From assembly GCA_964106915.2 (NCBI GenBank), contig OZ066914.1: DNA of 64,000 bases, one strand, 5' to 3'. This document shows, in pieces, positions 49,348 through 60,855 of the stretch. Position numbers and translations under genes: made by a program. The first letter of the stretch is position 1. Each line of letters starts with the position of its first letter. The notes under the pieces are model-generated. The model saw nothing but the letters and a program-made list of their open reading frames with translations, had not been told where the DNA came from and ran no database searches. The DNA comes from Podarcis gaigeae. Taxonomy: Eukaryota.

Positions 49348-52300
49348 GGAGAATCACAACACTAAGCCAAATAGTCGGTCTTACTATAGGGCTGCTTCCT
49401 ATCTTCCTATGACCCCTTTCTGCCAACATGATTTTGGTTGGTGAATTCTGGAATTCCAACTGGAAATATTTCTTTTCAGGTCAGGTTAAGAAATATCTTG
49501 GACATTTCTGGTGTATGAAAAGATTGAGAAAACTTACAACAGGATAAATATGGCTAGAGACACATTCCCCATAGGGCCAAATACGATGGAGGGAGTGGGC
49601 TAGGGAGATACATAAGTTATTCAAGCAATTCAGTGTTGGCCATGTATATTGACTGGGTTCTACAATTGTACAGTAACATTTAAAAATATGTGACGGCTTT
49701 CCAATTTCTTAATTTACCATTTTATTTATCTATGTATTTTATTTCTTAACTTTTTATTAAATAAAATTTCTTCAGGTTCTAAAGCTTGGGGGGGGGGAGT
49801 CATAGTTTGTCAACAATATTCCTGCCTGAACCATCATGCTGGTGAAGTCAATCGCAAGTCACGCCCAGCTATAAAGGTTGTCAGTTGTGACAACCAGTAT
49901 AATTTGCAACATCAGAAATCAGCAGAGGGGATAAACAGACTGAGGGAGGAAGGGGCCAAAGAAAATGTGACTGCCTCATATCTCTAAAAACACCATGCAG
50001 AAGTCTGGGTTACAAGGATATGAACAAAATATATCAACGGAACAACTAAGATCAGAAAGCTGTTTTGGAAATAAAACCAAAAAAAATAAAATAAAACAAT
50101 GGGTGATTGGATATCATGCTTGGAACATTTGTATTCTAATAATAATTTCATGATTGTGTAAGATAGGTCTTGGAAATCCCAGAACACTGTTACAGAGTGA
50201 ATCTTATTTTTTAACATAAAAGCAATTTATAGCAGAAACGCTCTACAACAAGAGGGTTTTTTTATATGTTGAGAATCATAGCTAAGCTTTAAAATACCAA
50301 AATCAATACATGGTGGATAGCCATCGGCAGCACATACCATGTTGCCTAATGTGATTTCAGTAATATTGTTACCATGCAACAGGAGAAGACGGTGTGTCTG
50401 GATCAGATATGATAGCCACTTACATTCAGAAAGTGCAAACAGCTGTAAAGGATATGTCTCTGGTTGAAAACCTTTTGCAAATTGAGAATTTTAAGCTCCA
50501 CAATGAATTTCTAATGATAATTCTGATATAGCTGCAATATCTGAAATTTATTTAAGCAAATCTATCATAGGCTAACACTGTCCCACTAAGAACTAAGAAA
50601 ATCTAGATTACTTTTTAATCTTAGCATTACTTTACTTCCTTAGTGGCAAATATGTGCAATTTTATGGGCAAAAGCATTGTAGTAAACCAAATATCAGCAA
50701 TGGATATGAGAAAGCAGAGAAAACACAAATCATGTAAATTGCTTTCACCTTGAAATGGTAAATCTGAAAAAGACTAACAATCAGAATAAAGAGGACCACA
50801 TTGCGAATATTCTTATGCCAGTTAACTACCAGCAGCTCATGCCCCCTTCTGGCTTACTTGAACTGGGTGACATCCGCAGGGCCAAAACAGGGGAAGGTGT
50901 TAATCACCCACAATCAACACAACTGCATGCCTTGTGAACAAAGGCCCTAAGGATTTGCTCCTGCTCCACTCCACGCTTCCTTCACCCATTCAATATAGGA
51001 AAAAATATAGAAATGTTTATGGTTTTTTAAAATTAATTTTTAGACAGGATTGGCTGATGTTTGCAGACGTAGTAGCCCCTCATGAGGGAATAGAGCCTGC
51101 CAAATTACAGACAAATACCAGTAGATCCAGAGTTCTTTGTGCTGGCCACCATTCATCTCTCCCCCCCCCCCCGCCCCCCGAAACGCAACCATTACTTTTT
51201 TCTTTTTTTCTTTTTTGGAAGAAAAGAATGAAAATTTAAGCCATGGTAGCTCTTTTCCTGCCACGTTTCAGAAGAAGAGTTGTAGTGGCTTCCACAGTTT
51301 TGGGGTGGCTAAAGTAATCACTTACCAGTAATCTTCTTTTTAACCTATTAAAATAGTATACATGAAAGAGGTAGAACTAGGTAGGAAACCTGCCAAATTT
51401 CAGACAAATGGGTCCAGCGGTTTCAGTTTTTTTTGCCTTAGGTACCTTTAATGTTGATTTGGGGAAAACAAAAACTGATTTACTTTCTTTCCTGTGGTTT
51501 TGTGGGAATAGGGGGGCAGTAGAAGCATAAAGAGAGAATAAAATTTTGGAAAAAAAAATCCATGCATGTTTCACCTGTTGTTTAAGAACGCTTACTGCCA
51601 GGACGGCGAAAATGCCTCCCATGGATCTGGCTGGAGGCGAGGGGTTTCCTGGGCTTGGGGAAACCCTTTTTGGCTTCACCCAGGAAGTGGATTGCAGCTT
51701 GCCTGCCTATTTGGCAGATCAGACTGAGCCCACAGGCTTCGCTCCAGTCCTCCCCATGGGTTTTTAATCCTGGGGCCTAGTCCACCTAGTCCACGGGGGC
51801 TATGTGTAATTATTTTTTAAGGGGCAGTAGGCCAAATAGGTTTGGGAACTTCTGATCTAACTGAAGAGTAATAACTAAACAAGCAACTGAAGTTTAAACA
51901 GAAGCTGCATGTTTATTACTTTCTTAGAAGCCTGTAACATCCACAAGTTTCAGTATAATTATTAGTTAACTGTTTCCTAAAAGAACTTTATCTCCTGACA
52001 AATCATTTTGTTATACCATACCAACTTAGTTCTGCAAAATAAATCCTTACTTGTTCACCTTTCCGGAGTCTCCAAGTTCCAAAGTTTTACATCATGCAAA
52101 AACCATAAGATAATCCATGGTGGTTATAGGGTCTATGGAGGGGGGTTTGCCACATTTTGGTGGTAACGGTGGGATCTGCTTCTATGCTTAGAGCTCCAAT
52201 AGTTATGCCAAGTGACAAGACGGTTCATTGACTGAATTCCAAGTTTTCTAGCCACACTGTTGCCAACTTTCTTCCTATTATATAGAACAAACTTTGACAA

Positions 52301-53531
52301 ACCGAAACAGACTAAACTCAGATTATCATACAGGCAGTACAGTACAGCCTTAAATACTTCCAACAGTGGTCTTCCATTGTACTAGAGGTGAGTGGTTTTC
52401 TCCAGAAGTTCTTTAAGGCCTGGTGATGACAGCACTTTTCCAGCCTTATAATCTATGAAGTATTAAGAGCAAGTTTAATATGCAAGCTCATAACAAATAT
52501 GCAAGGTCATAACAAAAGATATGAACCACTCCTCCATCTAGTGTCACACTAAATGAATCCAATGCTTCACTATTAAAATTAAAATGCAGATTTAAAAGGT
52601 TGTGGTTCAGTATTTTTAATAGCTATTTAATAATTTATTTATTTATTAACCAGAGCTGAGGGCAATGAAAGGAGCTGAGAAATGGCTTGAACACAAGTGG
52701 AGGAAAACTAGTGAGTGGTCATTATTGAGCCTTCTCAATGACAGTTGCTGTTTCCGTGGTCTCCTCGCTGTGTCATCCGGTGGAGCTTTTTCAGGTACAT
52801 GGGGCCTTTTAAAGTCTGGCCTGAAGGAGGAGGTTGAACCAATGGTGTCCTTCTGTGACATTTTGAGGATAACATCACTTGCTCCCACAGGTAGCTTGAT
52901 TCTGCTCTAATAGCATAATCTCAAGAGGTATATAGAATTTAGTACTGGTTTTTGGATGAATTTTGGTTGGTGTGGACGTGGACAAGGCACTTGGATTCAT
53001 GCGGCTGACTGTGTCTGCTGCTGAGACTCTTGTCCCTCATGGGTGATTAAAAATAAGAATATCCATTATTGCAAAAATCAAACGCAACATAACATCAACA
53101 CAACCTTTATTATTTCTCCAGGAAAACTTGGCTCCTGGTCATTGTGAAGTATAAAAATTAACAACACGTTTTATTAAAATGCAGCACTTTTTTGCAGTTA
53201 AGCGGAATACCCTGCAATAAGTGGATTTTTAATGATTACGGTAACTTTTCAAACAGTCTGCTCATATTGACTGATCATGTGCACAGAACTCTGTACGTAC
53301 CAGGGCTTCCTCACTCTCTTGTATGCTGTGGGAAATTCCCATACAATTATAGGAAACTTTCTTCTCTCTTAAGACAAAAATGTGGTGATTGGAAAGATAA
53401 AAATAACCTTTCGATACTAGCGTCTCTCTCTGTATATCTGCCTATCTAAATGAAATACATACATTTCCAAGCTGCCAACGGTTTCAATGAAAATAATGAT
53501 TTATAGTAATAGAAAACAATTATTGCATTGT

Positions 53532-53880
53532 GTGGCGCTGTGGGTTAAAGCCTCAGCGCCTAAGACCTGCCGATCGAAAGGTCGGTGGTTCGAATCCCTG
53601 CGGCGGGGTGCGCTCCCGCTGCTCGGTCCCAGCGCCTGCCAACCTAGCAGTTCGAAAGCACCTCCGGGTGCAAGTAGATAAATAGGGACCGCTTACCAGC
53701 GGGAAGGTAAACGGCGTTTCCGTGTGCGGCTCTGGCTCGCCAGAGCAGCGATGTCACGCTGGCCACGTGACCCGGAAGTGTCTCCGGACAGCGCTGGCCC
53801 CTGGCCTCTTGAGTGAGATGGGCGCACAACCCCAGAGTCTGTCAAGACTGGCCCGTATGGGCACCAGTACCTTTACCTTT
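53532..53880 (+). mobile_element. Young Sauria SINE, same subfamily as 48982-49347
   Basis: About 9 mismatches over about 345 bp (by eye) to the reverse complement of the 49 kb copy. Confidence 0.93.
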
Positions 53881-55221
53881 TTTTTATAGCATCAACTTAA
53901 AAATTAATAAGACAGGCTCAGCAAATATTAAGGAGGCTCATTATTGTCTTTATAGGTATTTTTATTGATACTGCTGCATATAAACATAGAAATGGAATAC
54001 TTTATAAGGAGTATATAATGTGGGGGTGGCAGAGATTAATGTACAGATTATTAAGGCCTATATAGTTTTACATTGTCTAGTACAGAGAATAAAGTGCAGC
54101 CACTGTGGGAATGCTTCCAGCCCTGTTTCAGCACCCAAACGGCTGCAGAAGGTGGACTGAAGGAAGTTTAGAGCGGGGGGGGGGGGGGGGAGCCTGTAAT
54201 GTAATCCAAATGCTATTGAACTTCAGCTTCCATCAACTTCAGCCAGCATGGCCAACAGTTTAGGGATGATGTGACCAGGGGTAGTAATATGGCACCCCAA
54301 ATGAAGACAAACTTTGGTGCCCCCTTAAGTATTTCTTATTTTCACAATAATTCTTTTTGGTATAGTTGCATTTTTATGGAACTTCAGCTGTGCAACTTGT
54401 GTGGAGAAACCACCCGCACCACTCTATGGGCTTCCTATGAGCTTCAGGCAACACCTTGACCCAGTTAAGGCCAGATCTACATATGTGGCAGAATATGTTA
54501 TAAAGTATTGAAGTGGATGGTGCCAGTTTCAGGCGAGAGTTGAAGGGTTCTAGCACAATTAGTACCTTCCTCACTGGTTTCCTACTTGCAGACAGTTTTT
54601 TTTTAGAAAAACAAAAACAAAAGAACATAGAGCAGCATTCAAAAAATGCATAGGTGTTCCTTGGCAGACACGTCTGTGGAGAAAGTGCTATGTGATGACA
54701 GAAAGCCTGAAAGCCATGATGATGTATGATCCACCATTAATGTCAAATATTTAATGTTGTTGCATGTCAGCTATCAAATACTGCCAAGTATCAACACTCA
54801 AATATCAAATATTGAAATGAGGTATACTTGCACATCAAAAGTTTAATAAACAAGAGAGCACTCAGAAAATACCTGGATAATATTTGACACTGACGTTCAC
54901 AAATGAGAATTTCCAGAACAATTTCTGAGAGCATTTCGGTTTTAAAAAGCACTGTATGTGTGCGTCTTTTATGTATTTATATTCATATTCTATCTCATTT
55001 CAAATATTCTAAGTAGTTGCATTAATTTACTCATCTCATTTGCATGCTGAGCCTAATTATACTTAATTTAAAGTAAGTCCCCTTGACTTCAGAAGGACAT
55101 CCTTCCAAATAAGAATATTTAGGATTGTAGCTTTGGCATCAGTCCTGTGAGGAAGGCCTCTACAGTTTTCTTTTTCTGGACCTGTGTCCAAGGCAAGTTT
55201 TGTGATGGCCTATCACAAAAT

Positions 55222-55560
55222 GCAGGTGGCGCTGTGGGTTAAACCACAGAGCCTAGGACTTGCTGATCAGAAGGTTGGCGGTTCGAATCCCCGTGACGGG
55301 GTGAGCTCCCGTTGCTCGATCCCAGCTCCTGCCCACCTAGCAGTGCGAAAGCACATTAAAGTGCAAATAGATGAATAGGTCCCGCTCCAGTGGGAAGGTA
55401 AACAGCATTTCCGTGCACTGCTCTGGTTCACCAGAAGCAGCTCAGTCATGCTGGCCACATGATCCGGACAAACACCGGCTCCCTTGGCCAGTAAAGCGAG
55501 ATGAGCACCGCAACCCCAGAGTCGTCCGTGACTGGACCTAATGGTCAGGGGTACCTTTAC
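55222..55560 (+). mobile_element. Sauria SINE
   Basis: GCAGGTGGCGCTGTGGGTTAAACCACAGAGCC...GGTACCTTTAC. Confidence 0.9.
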
Positions 55561-56329
55561 CACCCAATTACAGTTATCTTAGCTGATCCAAATCCTGAGT
55601 TGGGGGATCAATAGTTCTGAAGTAACATAATGTGAAGTAACATAATTTGCTTTAAAATGATTTACATGTCATAGGACATACAAACTTAAAAGATGTTGCT
55701 CCTACACATGGATCTTCTCCTTACTCTGCTAAGTTAGGCTGAGGCACTGACTGACCCAGGAGCACACAGTGAGCGTCCTGGCATTTGAGTGGGGATTTGA
55801 ATCCTGGTCTCCCAGGTCATAGTTCAACACTCTCTAGTGTACTGTTGATTGTGTATTTTTAAGAATTCACTGTAATGTTTCTTGTCAGCTGCCTTGGAAG
55901 GACTTGTAAACAGGATATAATTGTAATGAATAATAATAAATAAGAAGAGGCATAATCTCCTAAGTAAGATAAATGGAAGAAAGCTTTTTAAAACTGGTGC
56001 TTGCCTCTGCAATTTTTAAAAATACTTGGATTAATAGTATTTTTCAATAAAGAACTGGAGGCCAAATTAATCTAACAAATTAAAATGGATTAATCTAACC
56101 AATATACTCAATTAAATGTTTTAGGCCTAATGAGAATTCCTGTTTCCCAGCAAAGGCAGCTGCTGAAATCCTATGCACATTTTCAGAGGAGTAAGCCCAA
56201 TTTAACACAAAGGGGCTGATTTCTGAGGAGACACGCTCTGACGACTGATGCACAGCAACTACAAATGCACCCATTTCCCCCATTTTTATTGCCAGTTACC
56301 ACTTGAACAGCATAAGTACTAAAAGGAGG

Positions 56330-56540
56330 GTGCCTCTGAGATTGAGCAGCGTAGTGCAGGCTTGAATCCCTGCTCTGCTGTGAAACTCACTGGGCTACTT
56401 GCCAGTCGCTGCCTTTCAGCCCAACCTACCTCTCAGGGTTGTTGTGGGGATTAAATGAGGAGGTGAAAAACTATGTATACCAACTTGAACTCCTTGGAGG
56501 AAAAGGTGGGATATAAATGCATAAAATAAAAAAATAAAAT
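56330..56540 (+). mobile_element. CORE-type squamate SINE (MIR/Squam3-like)
   Basis: CAGCCCAACCTACCTCTCAGGGTTGTTGTGGGGATTAAATG...GTGGGATATAAAT + A-rich tail. Related reverse copies at about 8195-8410 and 55700-55835. Confidence 0.65.
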
Positions 56541-56744
56541 TACCCCCCCCCCATCATGAGATGCTGGGTTTTCCATGCAACACACACACACAACCAACAA
56601 ATACGCACGCAATTTGCTTGTTTCTTTCTTTGTTTACTTCCTAGAATCAGCTGCAGGAGGGGAAAAACCTTGCTCCAAAATAGGAGGCACCTGTCTCCGT
56701 AGCCCTGCGAAGCAGGAAGGAAGCGAAACACCCAGCAACTTTTA

Positions 56745-57260
56745 TCCCGGCGCTGCTCTGGCTTTCCTCCTGGAGGGAGGTGGGGAAAGAGAGCGAGCGA
56801 GCGAGCGCGCCTGGCCGAGGAGGCTGGGGGATCTGCCGGGCACCTCCGGGCGCCGGAGAAGGAGCAGCCTGGCCGAGGCGCGCGCGCGGCGGGAGCAGCA
56901 GCTGAGCGCTTGTCCTGCAATCGATTGCCGAGTCTGCTGAGCGGCTCCGCGGAGCGCCCGGCGACGCGCCCGCCAGACCTCCTCGCGCTCCCGCTCCCGC
57001 TCCTCCGTCTCCTCCCTGGCGGCGCCTGGCGAGAGATGTGCGCCGGGAGGAGGTGTGCGCCTGTGCGCGCCCGAGTTCCCGGGATCGGTTTCTCGGGGTT
57101 TGACCAGCTGTCCCAGGCTAACCCTGCTCTCTGAAGATGGAGGAAGTAAAAAAAAAACCCATGCAGGATTACCCTTAGCTACAGATCCACTGCCTTAGTT
57201 TCCATAACCAACTGCGGCGCGCAAACATACGAGCGTTGCGCGCAGGAGGAGAGGAGAAAA
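56745..57260 (+). promoter_or_regulatory. IKZF2: IKZF2 CpG-island promoter
   Basis: CpG-dense block about 3 kb upstream of the first IKZF2 coding exon, running into the non-coding first exon. Confidence 0.8.
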
Positions 57261-57350
57261 AGAAAGGGGGAGGGGGGCTTAAAGAAGCTCATTAACAAAA
57301 CAAACAAACAAGGGTGATGGAACTGATTTGCAACATGCTCTGCTGCTGAG
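57117..57350 (+). other. IKZF2: IKZF2 5'UTR exon 1 (5' boundary approximate)
   Basis: GCTAACCCTGCTC..GAAGATGGAGGAAGTAAAA..CAGGATTACCCTTAGCTACAGATCCACTGCCTTAGTTTCCA resembles the remembered human IKZF2 5'UTR. Ends CTGCTGAG|gtaaat. Confidence 0.75.
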
Positions 57351-58009
57351 GTAAATCTTTGTTGGGGGTGCTTAGTTTGGTTGGAAGGGGGGTGCAAGAG
57401 CAGCTCTGCAAAATCTGTGTGCAAAATGCGACCTCTGTCTTCTGTGCATCTTGTGTGTGTTTGTGTGTGTCTGTGTTTGGCAAAGGCGAGGGGAGCGGGC
57501 CGGAAAGGGGGAGGAAGGTCTGTCAGAGCAACGCGTAATAATGGAGCATCTCCGGAGCCCCGGGAGTCAAATGACTTGTTGCTGTTTTTACCCCCCCCCC
57601 CCGCAAATATTTATAATGATGCAGGAAGGCGAAGAGGACTGTATGATGATGATTTTTCAAAACATTCTTCTTCAGTGTAGATCGAGCGATTCAAGAGACC
57701 AAAAAGGAAATATCTATTAAAGCATAAATCAGGGTTTTGTTTTGTTTTTAAAAAGCAAGGAATCTGCTTTCTTGGGTGCTCAATTGATTAGTCAGTCCTG
57801 TCCCCCCCCCGCCCTCATTCTTTGAAACTGACAGGGGCTTGTCACCGTTGCAGTTTGCAACAGTCTCCCATGCAAGATGCATGCAAGGAAACCCACGATT
57901 AAAGATTTCTCTGAACGCAAACGCAGGGTTTTTATGGCATGGCACACATTGCATTTGAAAACGCAGGGCTTAAATTACTTTGACAGGTTCTGCTATGGAC
58001 TCGGGAAGG

Positions 58010-58012
<3 letters not shown>

Positions 58013-58059
<47 letters not shown>
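58013..58059. repeat. (AG)n microsatellite in IKZF2 intron 1
   Basis: Directly visible. Confidence 0.95.
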
Positions 58060-58063
<4 letters not shown>

Positions 58064-58645
58064 TGAAATTAAGATCTCTTTATTTCGCCCAGGGCCAAAA
58101 AACAGTTCTTGTGAAGCCGGCCTTGGTTTCTTGCTGCTTGGTTCCCTTTCCCTTTTAAAACTGCCTGATCCACGCCTTCCAAGCACCCCCTTTCTTTTCC
58201 TCCAAGATTCCCCCCCCCCCCCGATTCTTAAGGAACCGGTGGATCAAGTTTTCTCTCGTCTAGTTAATCGCATTGCTTGTCGCTTTGGCTGACCTCTCTC
58301 TCTCTCCTTTTTGTTCTTCATCTTTCCTGAAAGTACGTGCCATTCCAACAAGACCATCCTGGGGAAGGGGGAGGAAAGAAGGTGGGTGGGGAGGACAGAG
58401 AGGGAGAGAGAGAGACGCTCCTTTCTCCTTCCTTGTGCTTTGTTTCCCCACCGATCCATTTGCTCTGAATGTGACCTACCTGTAAGTTTTCTTCCTCTTC
58501 CCTTGAACTCTGGAGGCGGGGAGGCGAGAGGGAGGGGGAAGAAGAAGAGGAGGAGGAGAAGGGGCTGGATTATTTCAAAACGCTTCCCCATCTTGCCTAT
58601 ACCTCCAGTGCACCATAATCCCCTCTGTCTCTTCGCTCTTGGCAG

Positions 58646-58684
58646 GGAGGAGGGGTTAGAAGCTGCCACCAGAAGCCAGAAATG
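58646..58684 (+). other. IKZF2: Candidate IKZF2 upstream micro-exon ending in ATG
   Basis: Polypyrimidine tract + ggcag| acceptor. GAGGGGTTAGAAG...GAAATG resembles the remembered human UTR exon. Donor |gtgaac is weak. Confidence 0.5.
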
Positions 58685-60189
58685 GTGAACAAACTTTTAT
58701 TTTAATCATAGAACTTTTTCTCTCTCTCCTCCCCCACCCTGTATATTTCCTTTCCTTTCTTTCCATCTCATTGCCTGGGATAGTATCTCACCACCCCACC
58801 AAAAGCTTGTTGTTTTCAGACAACTCCCCCCCCCCCTACCGAGTGTGTTACCTGCAGGAAAGGGAAGATAAAGTAATTTTGAAGAGGCAGGAGGGCACGG
58901 CTCTTCTGCTCAAGCATTTAGAGCTCGTGTGTTATATTTATTATCATTATTATTAAAGCCATGTAGGCAAGCATCAGTTGGATGGCAGCTTCGCCTGTTG
59001 AAATGTAAGCGTTATGTATACTGAGTGTCTTAGGAATTTGATCTGCAGTTTGCAGAGTGGGGGAAGAAGGCAGAGAAAAGTGTATATCTTATTTATTTAT
59101 TTAAAAAAAGAGGGGGATGAGGTGAAGGGAAGTGGTTTAGGAGACAAGAAATGAAGCTGCCTGTTTTCCAGTAAGTAATGGAGAAATTCCAGGAGCTGGG
59201 TCTAAATATACTTGGCGATCAATACAGAAATGGCTCATTGTGAATAATTTAACTGCTTGGTGTAGCAAGAGTTTTGAAACTAAAGGCAAAAGGGAGCTGG
59301 GGACTGAGAGGAAAAATTGAAACTCTTCTTTTGCCATTATTTCCACACACCCCTTCATTTTAAAGTTTCCTCTTAAAATGATATGGTGATGATGACCAAC
59401 CTTTTCATTTCATTTTATTTTTAATCAAGTCTTGAGCTAGTGGGAGTCATCTAATACAGTGACTTAGGTTTCTGGAAAGTAATAGCTTGTTCTCTGCTAG
59501 TAAAGTGCTTCAAGAAACTTTTTGAGATTACTACAGTATAGAGCATGTGGTCTGAAAGTATTTTGGAAGGGGCTCCAGGGTTGGCTAGAATAGATAAGTT
59601 AGAATGAACTGGACCCTGGGTAAAATAGTTGCTGCAACTCTGCTTTTAAAAAGTATGGACTCACCTACTTGTTCTGAAGCCGAGGACACCACGGAACAAC
59701 TGCGGTGCAGGAAACCTTGCGGTGCCGGCATCCCACAAGACGTTCAGCTCAGTATCCCAAAGTTCTCACTTGGCAGTTAAGCCCCCTGAGTTCAGTCAGA
59801 CTTACTAGCAAGTACACTGTGGACTGAAGAATAGGAGGCTGTTTACTGATAAAGCATTGGCATCTTCGTTGAAATACACCCAACACAAACAGGACTTCTT
59901 TAGTAACAGGGAAACGGTGATTCACGTGTGTGTCTGTTTCCCTCCCACTTTCTTTCTTCTGCACAGGGTTGTTTCTGGCATTTAAAGTTTTCTACCTGCC
60001 TCAACACTTGGATGCCTGCAGGAAGATCCTAGGCAGAGACACTTGTGCTGCTCAAACACTGATTAAATTGATAACAGCAGCAGCAGGAGAAAATGGGCAA
60101 ATGGCTTAGGAGCCCAGATGTTTAATAACTGACAGAGCGAGGGCAACTTTGACCGTGTACTTTTTGCCTTGCAGCACTGCACTTTGACT

Positions 60190-60223
60190 ATGGAAGCAGA
60201 GGCTACTGATGGATACATGCCAT
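60190..60223 (+). CDS. IKZF2: IKZF2 (Helios) first coding exon (MEAEATDGYMP + 1 nt); exon begins at 60175
   Basis: ttgcag| acceptor at 60174, |gtaagt donor. Matches remembered human METEAIDGYIT. Confidence 0.93.
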
Positions 60224-60750
60224 GTAAGTATTGCTTTTATTTTCTTTCATGCCTTTTGCTGCTTAGGGGCCACAATGTTCTTTGTCTTCTTATTGAATTT
60301 ATTGTTTTAAGACAGCATGGGTTGAGTGACTCTTAATACTAAATACAGTATTGGGCACTTCAGTGTAGCTGCATATATGCTTTGGATCTGTGCATTGAAG
60401 GGAAACAGGGTGGACTGTAACCTTTTCATCTTTGTACTCCATATGTTTTTAATGCTTCCCTGTGGGATGACATATTCTGCTTTTAAAATTATACATACTA
60501 TGCAAAGTCAAGTAACTGAGTATGACATGAAAAGGGGTGTGCGTACAGAGTGATATCTGTCCCAGAGCAGCAGCTAATATATTTTGCCGCAGAAAATGAC
60601 CCTTCCTAAGCTGTGGAAGAATCTAATCAGGCTGGGATCTGAGCTTTCAAATATAATCTCCCCTCCCCTTCGCAAGCACATGTTCTTACTTGAACACAAA
60701 TGTCAATTTTCCTCTGTGAAGCTGATAGAAGGTTTTCTTCTATGGAATAG

Positions 60751-60855
60751 GTGACAATGAACTTTCGCCCGAAAGGGATCACTCCAATATGGCAATTGAC
60801 CTCACCTCAAGCACACCCAATGGGCAGCATACCTCACCAAGTCACATGACAAGCA
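60751..60855 (+). CDS. IKZF2: IKZF2 second coding exon ([35 protein letters not shown]); gene continues beyond the window end
   Basis: 105 nt, aatag| acceptor, |gtaagt donor, phase 1->1. Nearly identical to remembered human [35 protein letters not shown]. Confidence 0.96.
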
